Shown here: piece after piece, positions 9,891 to 18,579 of the stretch
Position numbering within the stretch: position 1 is the first letter of the stretch
Layout: every line of letters begins with the position of its first letter
Assembly (NCBI GenBank): GCA_019058015.1
Contig: JAHLWH010000122.1
Location: forward strand, 1-51,868
Direction: 5' to 3'
DNA from: Promethearchaeota archaeon
Lineage (GTDB): Archaea > Asgardarchaeota > Lokiarchaeia > Sigyniarchaeales > SOKP01
DNA length: 51,868 nt
Notes under the pieces: model-generated
Databases searched by the model: none
Seen by the model: the letters and a program-made list of their open reading frames with translations, nothing else
What the model was told of the DNA's origin: nothing
Program-made: the position numbers and the translations under genes

Positions 9891-11057
9891 TCACCTCAAG
9901 GGTTCCTTTCCTAATATTAGAATTTCTGTCCATAGACTGCCTCCGAATCCCATAGCTAAGGATTTTTCTACATCAGGAATTTGTCGTTTATCTCCTCGCC
10001 CCATAACTTGGATTGCCGCCTCTGCAACACGAATTAATGCAGTAGCACCAATAGGATTAGTACTCAATACACCTCCTGATGGATTTACCGGTAATTCTCC
10101 ACTCATTTGAGTAATACCCTCATCCAGTAATTTTCCACCTTCTCCAAATTTACAAAAACCTAATGCTTCAGTCCAAGCAAGCTCACTCCAAGAAGTGGGT
10201 TCATATATTTCTGCAACATCTAAATCTTTTACCGGATCTGTAATTCCAACCTTTTTATAAGCTTTTCTAGATGCAATTGTTGCAGTTGGAAGATCAAACA
10301 TTGCATCATCAGTACCAAAGGTGTAATAATGGGCAGTTTCTACAGCTTGAATCCATGCTGGATTATCGGTTATATTTTTCGTTTCTCCTTCATTAGCATA
10401 AATAACTGCACATGCACCTTCGCTCTGCGGACAACAATCATGAAGCCTCAATGGATATGAAATAGTTTGGGATTTCATAACATCCTCAACTGTTAGATCA
10501 GGCATTTTTAAATGAGCAAATGGATTATTCGCAGCGTTTCGACGATTTTTTACGGTAACCCTTGCAGCTTGTCCAGGAGTAATTCCATATTTATGTTGAT
10601 ACATACTAGCCATAAGAGCGAGTGGTCCTAAAGCTCCTGCTAAAGAAGGTCTTTCCCATACTGGATCGAAAGCTGTGATAATACCAGTTGTGGCACCACC
10701 TTCTTGCAATTTTTCCCAACCTACGATTAAAACTTTATTATATATTCCTGATGCCACATTATGATACCCGCATATCGCTAACGAGGAGCCTGTAGTTCCT
10801 CCTGTGGCGACTTTAACAACTGGTTTTAGATATCCTGGTGCTGCATCTATTCCGCACCACATCTCAGAGAAATTAATTCCTTCGAAGTGATCCATATTTC
10901 CAATTATTATTGCATCAATATCATCAGGTGCGAGTTGAGCATCATCAAGAGCCATTTTTACAGCTTCATATATCATTTCGGGGATATTAACATCTCTTCT
11001 TTTGCTTCTATGCTTCGTTTGACCTATACCTACTATTGCAACATCATGTTTTGCCAT
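9891..11057 (-). CDS. ltp3: Thiolase-fold (SCP2-thiolase type) protein, Ltp3-like
   Basis: GIGQTKHRSKRRDV..DHFEG..KPVVKVATGGTTGSS..WEK..VNPSGGVLSTNPIGA. Lacks the catalytic Cys of true thiolases; resembles actinobacterial Ltp3. Confidence 0.75.
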   Translation of the reverse strand: MAKHDVAIVGIGQTKHRSKRRDVNIPEMIYEAVKMALDDAQLAPDDIDAIIIGNMDHFEGINFSEMWCGIDAAPGYLKPVVKVATGGTTGSSLAICGYHNVASGIYNKVLIVGWEKLQEGGATTGIITAFDPVWERPSLAGALGPLALMASMYQHKYGITPGQAARVTVKNRRNAANNPFAHLKMPDLTVEDVMKSQTISYPLRLHDCCPQSEGACAVIYANEGETKNITDNPAWIQAVETAHYYTFGTDDAMFDLPTATIASRKAYKKVGITDPVKDLDVAEIYEPTSWSELAWTEALGFCKFGEGGKLLDEGITQMSGELPVNPSGGVLSTNPIGATALIRVAEAAIQVMGRGDKRQIPDVEKSLAMGFGGSLWTEILILGKEPLR

Positions 11058-11060
11058 ATT

Positions 11061-12218
11061 CTATACACCTCCATCATTTCCAAATATAAGCACACAGTTT
11101 CCTTGGGAGCATATTCCATTCATTCCATTTGCTAAACCAATTTTAGCGTTGGGGATCTGTCTTTTATCTGCTTTACCCATTAATTGTAGAGCAATTTCTG
11201 CCACGCGAATTAAACCATTTGCCATGGTTGGATTACTTGATAGAACACCTCCCGAAGGATTAACGGGTATATTTCCGGTCATTTCTGTTTCACCATTTTC
11301 AATAAATTTTCCACCTTCACCTTTCCCACAGAATCCTAATGCTTCGTAACTCATTAATTCATGATATGAAAACAAATCATAAACTTCTGCTACATCAATT
11401 TCTCTGATTGGATCAGTAATTCCAGCCATTTTATAAGCTTCTTTAGCAGCTAATTCTAGTCCAATTAGATCCGTCATTGTTCTATGCCCTAAATAATAAG
11501 CATCAGTACAACTACCGTATCCCATAAGCCAAACAGGTGAGTCTGTGAATTTTTTAGCAATCTCTTCTTTTGTTAAGAGCATTGCAACTGCACCATCAGA
11601 GAGTGGTGGTAAATCAAGTTCCTTTAAAGGATATGCTATCATTGGAGAGAAAAGGATGTCCTCAATCGTAACTGCTTCTTGTAGATGTGCATATGGGTTA
11701 TTAAGTGCATTTTTTCGATTTTTTATAACAACCTTGGCTGCTTGCTCCTCTGTAATTCCATACTTATTCACATACATATTAGCCATTAAACCAGCAGTAG
11801 ATATTTGATCTAATCCTAAAGCTCTTTGATAAAAAGGATCAAAAATGGAGTTATTTATAAGATATTGATCTCCTTCAGAGCATTTGCAATGGGATACAAC
11901 CATTACTGTATCATAGTATTCTGATAAAATTCTCATAGCTCCATATATATATGCAAAGGCTCCATCTCCTGAAACTCTTGATTCTGATTTTCCAATAGAT
12001 CCCACTGCATCTTGGATTGCCATATCAGCGATCGTTCTTCCATCGTTAAAATCATTGGAACTAGTAATTACACATCCTATATCGTCATTTGTTATTCCCA
12101 AATCATTATAAAGCTTCTTAACAACCTCAAAAACAAGTTCTGAATATGTCTGATCGATTTTATCTGCTTCATATTTTGTTTGGGCTGTGGCAACAATGGC
12201 AACATTATGTTTTGGCAT
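11061..12218 (-). CDS. ltp4: Thiolase-fold protein, Ltp4-like
   Basis: LYNDLGITNDDIG..SSNDFNDGR..ESRVSGDGAFA..VNPSGG. No catalytic Cys; paired with the Ltp3-like gene. Confidence 0.7.
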   Translation of the reverse strand: MPKHNVAIVATAQTKYEADKIDQTYSELVFEVVKKLYNDLGITNDDIGCVITSSNDFNDGRTIADMAIQDAVGSIGKSESRVSGDGAFAYIYGAMRILSEYYDTVMVVSHCKCSEGDQYLINNSIFDPFYQRALGLDQISTAGLMANMYVNKYGITEEQAAKVVIKNRKNALNNPYAHLQEAVTIEDILFSPMIAYPLKELDLPPLSDGAVAMLLTKEEIAKKFTDSPVWLMGYGSCTDAYYLGHRTMTDLIGLELAAKEAYKMAGITDPIREIDVAEVYDLFSYHELMSYEALGFCGKGEGGKFIENGETEMTGNIPVNPSGGVLSSNPTMANGLIRVAEIALQLMGKADKRQIPNAKIGLANGMNGICSQGNCVLIFGNDGGV

Positions 12219-12469
12219 AATTTTTCTTTTTCTCTTTTTTATTATTATATTATAAACAGTGATTAGATAAGAGTTAAAAAATTTATAAAGTTTTCAACTA
12301 AAGCATAATGACTATTAAACGTTTTTAACATAACATCATCTTTAGAAGAAAAACAATCTAAATTTAGCCATTTATTCTATTATGGATGTTCTTAAAAAAA
12401 TGAAAAATATAAGATATGAAATATAAATTAGAAATAAGGAATTATGGATAAAATTTAGGTATATCTAAA

Positions 12470-13291
12470 ATGAGTGAATTTGATTTTCAGGATATCCTTT
12501 ATGAGAAGGAAGATAATGGTATTTGCACAATTACATTCAACAGACCTGAAAGAAGAAATGCAGTAACTTATTTAACCTTTTATGAAATTGGGCTGGTTCT
12601 AGAAGATATGGAAAAAGATAAAAATGCTAAAGTTTTAATAATTACTGGAAATCCAGAAGGGAGAGCCTTTTCATCAGGGGGTTATTTCAAGCCATCAATA
12701 TTGAATAATATAAGAGATGAAATTAAGCAAGAAATTGATTTAATGGATATCGCTCAAAAAAAAATCTGCATGAAATTTTGGAAATTTTATAAGCCTGTTA
12801 TTGTAGCCATTAATGGTTTGGCTATAGGCGGGGGAATAACAATGCCCTTATCAGGTGCAGATCTAATTTTTATGGCTGAAGATGCTTGGCTAGGATTTTA
12901 TTTTGGAAAGAGAGCCATTATACCAGAATTTGGTTCCTCTTTTATTTTGCCATTTTATGTAGGGTTTCAAAAAGCAAAAGAAATTGTATATTTTGGCGAA
13001 AAAATATATGCTCAAGAAGCTTATGAACTTGGACTTGTAAATAAAGTCTTGCCTAAGGACGAACTAATTCCATACGCTCGAGAACAAGCTTTACGGTTGA
13101 TTCCTCCTAAGGGTCCAAGTTTGTCAATAAAATTAATGAAAAAAACCATGCATGCTTATTTCCTTGAAATCATGGATAAAACTTTAGATTTGGAAAATAG
13201 AGGTCTTAGAAAAGCTTTTACTTCATACGATTTTAGAGAATCAATGAACGCACTTAAGGAAAAAAGAGACCCAGTATTTAAAGGGAAATAA
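12470..13291 (+). CDS. Enoyl-CoA hydratase/isomerase (crotonase) family protein
   Basis: ITFNRPERRNA, AFSSGG, KPVIVAINGLAIGGG, IPEFGSS, AQEAYELGLVNKV, EKRDPVFKGK. Confidence 0.93.
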   Translation: MSEFDFQDILYEKEDNGICTITFNRPERRNAVTYLTFYEIGLVLEDMEKDKNAKVLIITGNPEGRAFSSGGYFKPSILNNIRDEIKQEIDLMDIAQKKICMKFWKFYKPVIVAINGLAIGGGITMPLSGADLIFMAEDAWLGFYFGKRAIIPEFGSSFILPFYVGFQKAKEIVYFGEKIYAQEAYELGLVNKVLPKDELIPYAREQALRLIPPKGPSLSIKLMKKTMHAYFLEIMDKTLDLENRGLRKAFTSYDFRESMNALKEKRDPVFKGK

Positions 13292-13334
13292 ATTAATTCA
13301 ATCGATTTTTCAAAATTTTTATTTCTTATTATTA
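13136..13334 (+). repeat. Direct repeat copy 1: last 52 codons of the crotonase gene plus ~43 bp of 3' flank
   Basis: 13136-13291 aligns ungapped to 16472-16627 with 12 mismatches in 156 bp (manual count). Similarity continues past the stop codon. Confidence 0.95.
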
Positions 13335-13567
13335 CATTCAATTAAAATAATTAAAATTTTAGTTGAAATTATAATATCGATGTAAGAGACTTTTTTCAAT
13401 TCATACTTGAAGATTTACATGAAATAGAAAAAAAATAGAATTAAAAGTTTTTCCTCAGACATTTAAAAATTTCTATTAATTATCGCAGACTGGGGTTTTT
13501 TATTTATAAGGCAATATTAATATTTAAGATAAATGGTTAAATTTATTATATTCAAGGAGATATAGAA

Positions 13568-14632
13568 ATGAACATTAAATTAGATAAAATCAAGCATCCT
13601 TGGTACGATCCTAGAGAGGATGTTGACGACAAATATATTGAGGAATTAGCGGAAAGCATCAAAAAAGATGGCTTATTAAATCCTATAATAGTTAAAAGTA
13701 CAGAAGATGGAATGTACGAAATCATAGCAGGAGGTCATCGATTAAGAGCGGTTAAAAAATTGGAATGGACTGAAATTGAAGCTAAACTAATGGATATTGA
13801 GGAATCTGAAGCATCGATTCTCGCTATTAAAACGAATATACTACAAAAGAATTTGACAGACATTGAAGAGGGTAAGGCAATTAAAAGAATAATTGAAAAA
13901 TTCAGTTATACTCAAAGCGAGATTGCAGATAAATTAGGGAAGAGTCCAAGTTGGGTTAGTAATAGGTTAGCTTTGATTCTCAATGTTTCGCAAAGTGTTC
14001 AAAACGCCTTAAAGGAAGAGAAGATATCAACTTCTCATGCAGTACTTTTATCGAAACTCAGTAAGAGAGATCAAGATAATTTCTTAAAATATATTATATC
14101 GAAAAAATTGAATATAAACGATGCTAGAGATGCGTTGAAAAAATATGAAAATAAGACCATATACACCATAGGGTATCAAGGGAAAGATTTAGATACATTT
14201 ATTGAAATATTAAAAGATAATAAAATCGACCTACTTATCGATATAAGAGAATCTGGTAAGAGTACTAGAAAACCAGTATTCAATTCAGAAATTTTAAAGA
14301 GAGAATTTAGCAAAACTAACATAGAATACATTCATAAACAAAAATTAGGAGTAATTTACGAAAGCAGAGTCCCTTACATTAAAGGATATATTTCACACGA
14401 TTGTTTTAAAGGTTGGTATGAATGGCATTTAGACGATATCGACTTTAATATCGAAGAATTTGTGAATTTTCTCAAAAATAATGGAACATGCTGTTTAATG
14501 TGTATGGAAGAATTCTCTAAACCAAAAAAACAACAAAAATACTATTGCCATAGAGATTTTTTGGTAGAAAAGATTTTAAATTTTAAGTCAGAAGATCCAT
14601 TATATTCCTTTGACGAGAGAATAGACTTGTAG
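13568..14632 (+). CDS. ParB/Spo0J (CTPase domain plus HTH) fused to a C-terminal DUF488 domain
   Basis: ParB: ELAESIKKDGLLNPIIV..YEIIAGGHRLRA and HTH TQSEIADKLGKSPSWVSNRL. DUF488: IYTIGYQG..LIDIR..YIHKQKLG..CLMCME..CHR. Confidence 0.85.
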   Translation: MNIKLDKIKHPWYDPREDVDDKYIEELAESIKKDGLLNPIIVKSTEDGMYEIIAGGHRLRAVKKLEWTEIEAKLMDIEESEASILAIKTNILQKNLTDIEEGKAIKRIIEKFSYTQSEIADKLGKSPSWVSNRLALILNVSQSVQNALKEEKISTSHAVLLSKLSKRDQDNFLKYIISKKLNINDARDALKKYENKTIYTIGYQGKDLDTFIEILKDNKIDLLIDIRESGKSTRKPVFNSEILKREFSKTNIEYIHKQKLGVIYESRVPYIKGYISHDCFKGWYEWHLDDIDFNIEEFVNFLKNNGTCCLMCMEEFSKPKKQQKYYCHRDFLVEKILNFKSEDPLYSFDERIDL

Positions 14633-14722
14633 GATGCCAAAATAATTATTAAATTTATACACAGTCAGTTTTTATAAACATTAATTACTTCTTATTATAA
14701 AGATTGTATTTAGGGGATTTTA

Positions 14723-15547
14723 ATGAGTTGGGAAAAAAGAGAAATTCTTTTAATAGCTAAAACTTATCCAGAAAGAAGTCAAAAATACGGAAATACAGTT
14801 TGTACTGCGGGGATAATGGAAGATACAAATGAATGGGTTCGAGTTTATCCCATTAATTTAAATGTTTATCTTCGTAAAAAATTAAAGAAATTTGTTCGAT
14901 TTAAAGCAGAGATAAGAAAAAACAAAAGTGAAATGATAAAAAGAAAAGAATCATATAAAATTCGAGAGAAATCAATAAAAATAACCGACGATAGTCTAGT
15001 AGATCCGAAAGTAAAAGGTGTCTGGGAAGAAAGAACTAAAATATTAGAAAAAAGTCTTTCCGAATCTATGGAATTTTTAAAAAATCAATTTGAAATTAAA
15101 AGAATGTCATTAGGGATAATCAAGCCACATCAAAAATCAATAAAATTTTTAATAGAAAAACCCGTTGATAATGTAGAAATCGATGTTATTAAAGAAGTCC
15201 AATTAAATCTTTTTGGAGAACAAGTAAGAAAAGTAGATAAAATAGAACATGCATTTTCTTACCGATATAAATGCAATATAGAAAATTGTAAAGGTCACAA
15301 AATGATATGTATCGACTGGGAATTATTAGAATCATTTAGAAAGTGGAGAAAAACATACAAAACTCCACAAAAATTGGAATTTGCATTAATTAATAGATAT
15401 AACGACTGGATGATTAAAGAACGAGATCTATATCTTGTTGTTGGCACAATCTGGCGATATAAAACTTGGATTATAATTGGCCTATTTTATCCTCCAAAAA
15501 AAGGACAAAAAACGCAGAAAAAACTTAGTTCATTTTTTAAAAAATAG
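14723..15547 (+). CDS. Conserved hypothetical protein of the DUF488-associated 'KTYP..S.KY..TVCTAG..W.R.YP' type (dual-OB-like)
   Basis: N-terminus LLIAKTYPERSQKYGNTVCTAG..EWVRVYPI; C-terminus YRYKC..C..H..IDWE..DLYLVVGT..WIIIGLFYPP. Confidence 0.65.
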   Translation: MSWEKREILLIAKTYPERSQKYGNTVCTAGIMEDTNEWVRVYPINLNVYLRKKLKKFVRFKAEIRKNKSEMIKRKESYKIREKSIKITDDSLVDPKVKGVWEERTKILEKSLSESMEFLKNQFEIKRMSLGIIKPHQKSIKFLIEKPVDNVEIDVIKEVQLNLFGEQVRKVDKIEHAFSYRYKCNIENCKGHKMICIDWELLESFRKWRKTYKTPQKLEFALINRYNDWMIKERDLYLVVGTIWRYKTWIIIGLFYPPKKGQKTQKKLSSFFKK

Positions 15548-15589
15548 AAATGTGAGATGATAAAATAATAATGGGGAAGAATTTATATT

Positions 15590-16390
15590 ATGACCAACCG
15601 ATGTCTTAACTTAAATTATCGAAATCTAAGAAATGGGCAGAGATTATATTATTCTTTTAACCACGATGAAGCTTTACTCTCTTGGTATTATGAGAAAAAT
15701 AAATTAAATAAAGGTAATTTTTTCCTTATAACAATAGATGCCCACATAGATTGGACTGATCTGGCTAAAGAAGAATTAGTAGAACTAAAAAAATTTAAAG
15801 AACGACAAAAAAATCTTGATAATAATAATGAGGATTTAAGTGAATCAGATGACCCACACCTACAAAACTTATCTGAATTAAGGAAAATTATTGAAAATTC
15901 ATTTAGAGGGGATAATGTCTCATTTATTGTGGCTTCAATGGAATTAGGATTAATAGATGATGTATTAATTATATCTCCTAATATAAATGATCTTGAAATC
16001 CCAGAAACTTATGAAGATATGCAAGGAATTCAGCACAAAATTTATCATATACATTCTATTAGAAGTTTATGGTATCCATATGGGAGAGCAGTATTGAATG
16101 ATGATTTCAACAAAAGATGTCTGGAGATTCGGAATCATCTATATTCGAATCCATATATTGTAGACTTTGATTTAGATTATTTTACTTATTCTCGTGATAA
16201 TAAGGAATTTGTTATTAATGAAAAACACTTTAAAATAATTTTTAACGATTCAAATTTTTATAATTTATTATCTAAGGCAAGTGTTATCACAATTGCATTA
16301 GAGCCAGGTTGTTGTGGTGGTGTTCAAAATAGTGCGATTATTTTTCACAAAATAACCAGTTCTATTTCAAATCGATTAGGAAGTTTGTAA
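15590..16390 (+). CDS. UPF0489 family protein (arginase/deacetylase-like metallohydrolase fold)
   Basis: NHDEALLSW, TIDAHIDW, VDFDLDYF, ITIALEPGCCGG. Confidence 0.75.
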   Translation: MTNRCLNLNYRNLRNGQRLYYSFNHDEALLSWYYEKNKLNKGNFFLITIDAHIDWTDLAKEELVELKKFKERQKNLDNNNEDLSESDDPHLQNLSELRKIIENSFRGDNVSFIVASMELGLIDDVLIISPNINDLEIPETYEDMQGIQHKIYHIHSIRSLWYPYGRAVLNDDFNKRCLEIRNHLYSNPYIVDFDLDYFTYSRDNKEFVINEKHFKIIFNDSNFYNLLSKASVITIALEPGCCGGVQNSAIIFHKITSSISNRLGSL

Positions 16391-16471
16391 TTTTTTTTTG
16401 AAATTTTTTTTAAAAAATATTACTCACCCTTCTTAGATAAAGACCAGAATATTGTAAATTTTAATAAATCA

Positions 16472-16670
16472 ATGAAAAAAAACATGCATTCTTATATCCT
16501 TGAGATCCTAGAAAAAACTTTAGATTGGGAAAATAGAGGTCTTAGAAAAGCTTTTACTTCATATGATTTTAGAGAATCGATGAATGCACTTAAGGAAAAA
16601 AGAGACCCTGTATTTAAAGGGAAATAAATTAATTTAATTGAATTTCTAAAATCTTAATTTCTAATTATCA
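16472..16670 (+). pseudogene. Direct repeat copy 2: orphan crotonase 3' fragment (51 aa plus stop at 16627) and flank
   Basis: MKKNMHSYILEILEKTLDWENRGLRKAFTSYDFRESMNALKEKRDPVFKGK*, versus MKKTMHAYFLEIMDKTLDLENRG... in the intact gene. Confidence 0.92.
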
Positions 16671-16803
16671 AAATCATTTAATATAAATGAAATAATCCTC
16701 TAATTTTAAAAAAAAAATTCACCTATTTGATATTTTAAAAAAAAATATTAAAACGAGAATAAATTAATTATGACAAAAAATATATTACTGGTAATAAAAA
16801 AAA

Positions 16804-17214
16804 ATGACAAAGATTAAAATTTTATCGGAAGAATGGGTTGAAGCTTTTGGTAAAGCAATCAATGCGAATCCAAATTATAAGCCATCAGCGCTTACTTGGG
16901 AAGGGGATATGCTTCTCTTAATTGAACCTAGTGGGAAATTAGATCATGAAGTAAGGATCTTTATTGGCCTTTACCACGGTGAATGTACAGGAACTAGACT
17001 ATTAAAAGAAGGAGAAGAGGTTGACACTCCATATATTCTATCTGGTCCTTATGATAATTTTGTGAGAGTTATGAATAAAGAATTTGACCCTATTCAAGGA
17101 GTTATGTCTGGTAAGTTAAAACTGAGCGGTGATATGGCAAAATTGATGAGACATGTTCAAGCAGCTAAAGAAATTGTGAATAGTCTTCTAACGTTCGAAA
17201 CAGAATTTTTATAA
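16804..17214 (+). CDS. SCP2 sterol/lipid-binding domain protein
   Basis: SEEWVEAF..IN.NPNY..WEGD..GLYHGEC..DPIQGVMSGKLKLSGDMAKLMR. Confidence 0.88.
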   Translation: MTKIKILSEEWVEAFGKAINANPNYKPSALTWEGDMLLLIEPSGKLDHEVRIFIGLYHGECTGTRLLKEGEEVDTPYILSGPYDNFVRVMNKEFDPIQGVMSGKLKLSGDMAKLMRHVQAAKEIVNSLLTFETEFL

Positions 17215-17286
17215 AAAGCAAGAGAATTTTCATTTAGTTTTTTTTTTAATTTAATAGAACAATAAAAAACATCATAGGAAAAAAAA

Positions 17287-18486
17287 ATGTGGTACTTTTA
17301 TAGTCCTAATATTATATATGGTGAGGATGCACTAAATTTCTTAGAAAATATTCCGGGAGATAAATGTTTTATTGTCACTGATAAAGTAATGGAGGAGTTG
17401 GGTTATTTAAAAATTTTAACAGATAAACTGGAAAAATACGGAAAACAGTATAATGTATATAATGAAATACTCCCTAATCCTCGAGAAACTCATGTAGCAG
17501 AAGCAAGAGAAATGTGCAATTCTTACACTCCTGATTTAATTCTTGCTTTAGGAGGAGGTTCGGTTATGGATGCTGCAAAAATGGTTTGGTGTTTCTATGA
17601 ATTTCCAGAGCTTTCACTTGATGATATCCATCCATTTAGACCCGACCTTCATAATATGGGCAAAAAAGCAAAATTAGTAGCCATACCAACTACTTCAGGA
17701 ACTGGAGCAGAAACAACATACGCTGCAATTATATCAAAATTTGAAAATGATATCTGGAAAAAATTCCTATATGCTCATAAAGGAATAGTTCCTACATATG
17801 CTATAGTAGATCCAATATTCCCCGTAGGAATGCCTTCTAATTTAACTGCTGATACAGGTTTTGATGCATTAGCCCATGCGATTGAAGGAATGGGCTCTGA
17901 GTGGAGAAATGAGTTCAGTGATGCATTGGGGGTTAAAGCTATTGAATTAGTTTTTAAATATCTGCCAATTGCCATTAAAGAAGGTAAGAATATGGAAGCT
18001 AGAGATTACATGCATCAAGCAGCAACTATGGCTGGATTAGCTTTTGGTAATGGAAATGTTCATATAGGACATGGAATGGGTCATAGTTTGGGAGCAATCT
18101 TTCATATTCCTCATGGAAGGGCAGTTGGTGTTGTGCTTAGTTATGTTACACAATTCTGTTTAAATAATCCTGATGAAAAAGATAAATCTATAGAAATTTA
18201 TGCAAAATTAGCGAAACAATTAGGATGGGCAAACTGGGATGAAGATAATAAAAAGGCAGCCTTTACTGTAATCGAGAAAATCAAAGAGCTCCAAAAAGAG
18301 GTCGGAATTCCAAATAAGATTCAAGATTTAGGAATTTCTCGCGAAGATTTTGATAAGAATTTAGATATGCTAATAACTTTATGTTATGAAGATGCAACTA
18401 TTGGAATGGTCCCAAGAAGCGTAAATCCAGAGATATTTAAAAATTTATTTACATATGCTTATGACGGGAAAAATATCGATTTTTAA
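17287..18486 (+). CDS. Iron-containing alcohol dehydrogenase
   Basis: ALGGGSVMDAAK, IPTTSGTGAE, DALAHAIE, HGMGHSLG..HIPHG. Confidence 0.93.
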   Translation: MWYFYSPNIIYGEDALNFLENIPGDKCFIVTDKVMEELGYLKILTDKLEKYGKQYNVYNEILPNPRETHVAEAREMCNSYTPDLILALGGGSVMDAAKMVWCFYEFPELSLDDIHPFRPDLHNMGKKAKLVAIPTTSGTGAETTYAAIISKFENDIWKKFLYAHKGIVPTYAIVDPIFPVGMPSNLTADTGFDALAHAIEGMGSEWRNEFSDALGVKAIELVFKYLPIAIKEGKNMEARDYMHQAATMAGLAFGNGNVHIGHGMGHSLGAIFHIPHGRAVGVVLSYVTQFCLNNPDEKDKSIEIYAKLAKQLGWANWDEDNKKAAFTVIEKIKELQKEVGIPNKIQDLGISREDFDKNLDMLITLCYEDATIGMVPRSVNPEIFKNLFTYAYDGKNIDF

Positions 18487-18579
18487 ATAATTTTTTTTTA
18501 TTTTTTTCCTTTTTTATCCATAATTGTAAATTCCCATCAAAAAGACAAAAAATAAAAATCAAAACAGAAATATCTTTTT

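Larger units (their letters stand above)
13292..16627 (+). mobile_element. Integrase-free 3.3-kb cassette or islet inserted at the 3' end of the crotonase gene
   Basis: Three non-metabolic genes lie between two copies of the crotonase 3' end (offset 3336 bp) and interrupt a lipid-catabolism cluster. Confidence 0.7.

Noticed and set aside
13292-13567. parS-like palindromes upstream of the ParB fusion (AATATTAATATT; ATGTAA..TTCAA-N7-TTGAA..TTACAT)
   Set aside because: They are AT-only or imperfect, single-copy, and expected by chance at this AT content.
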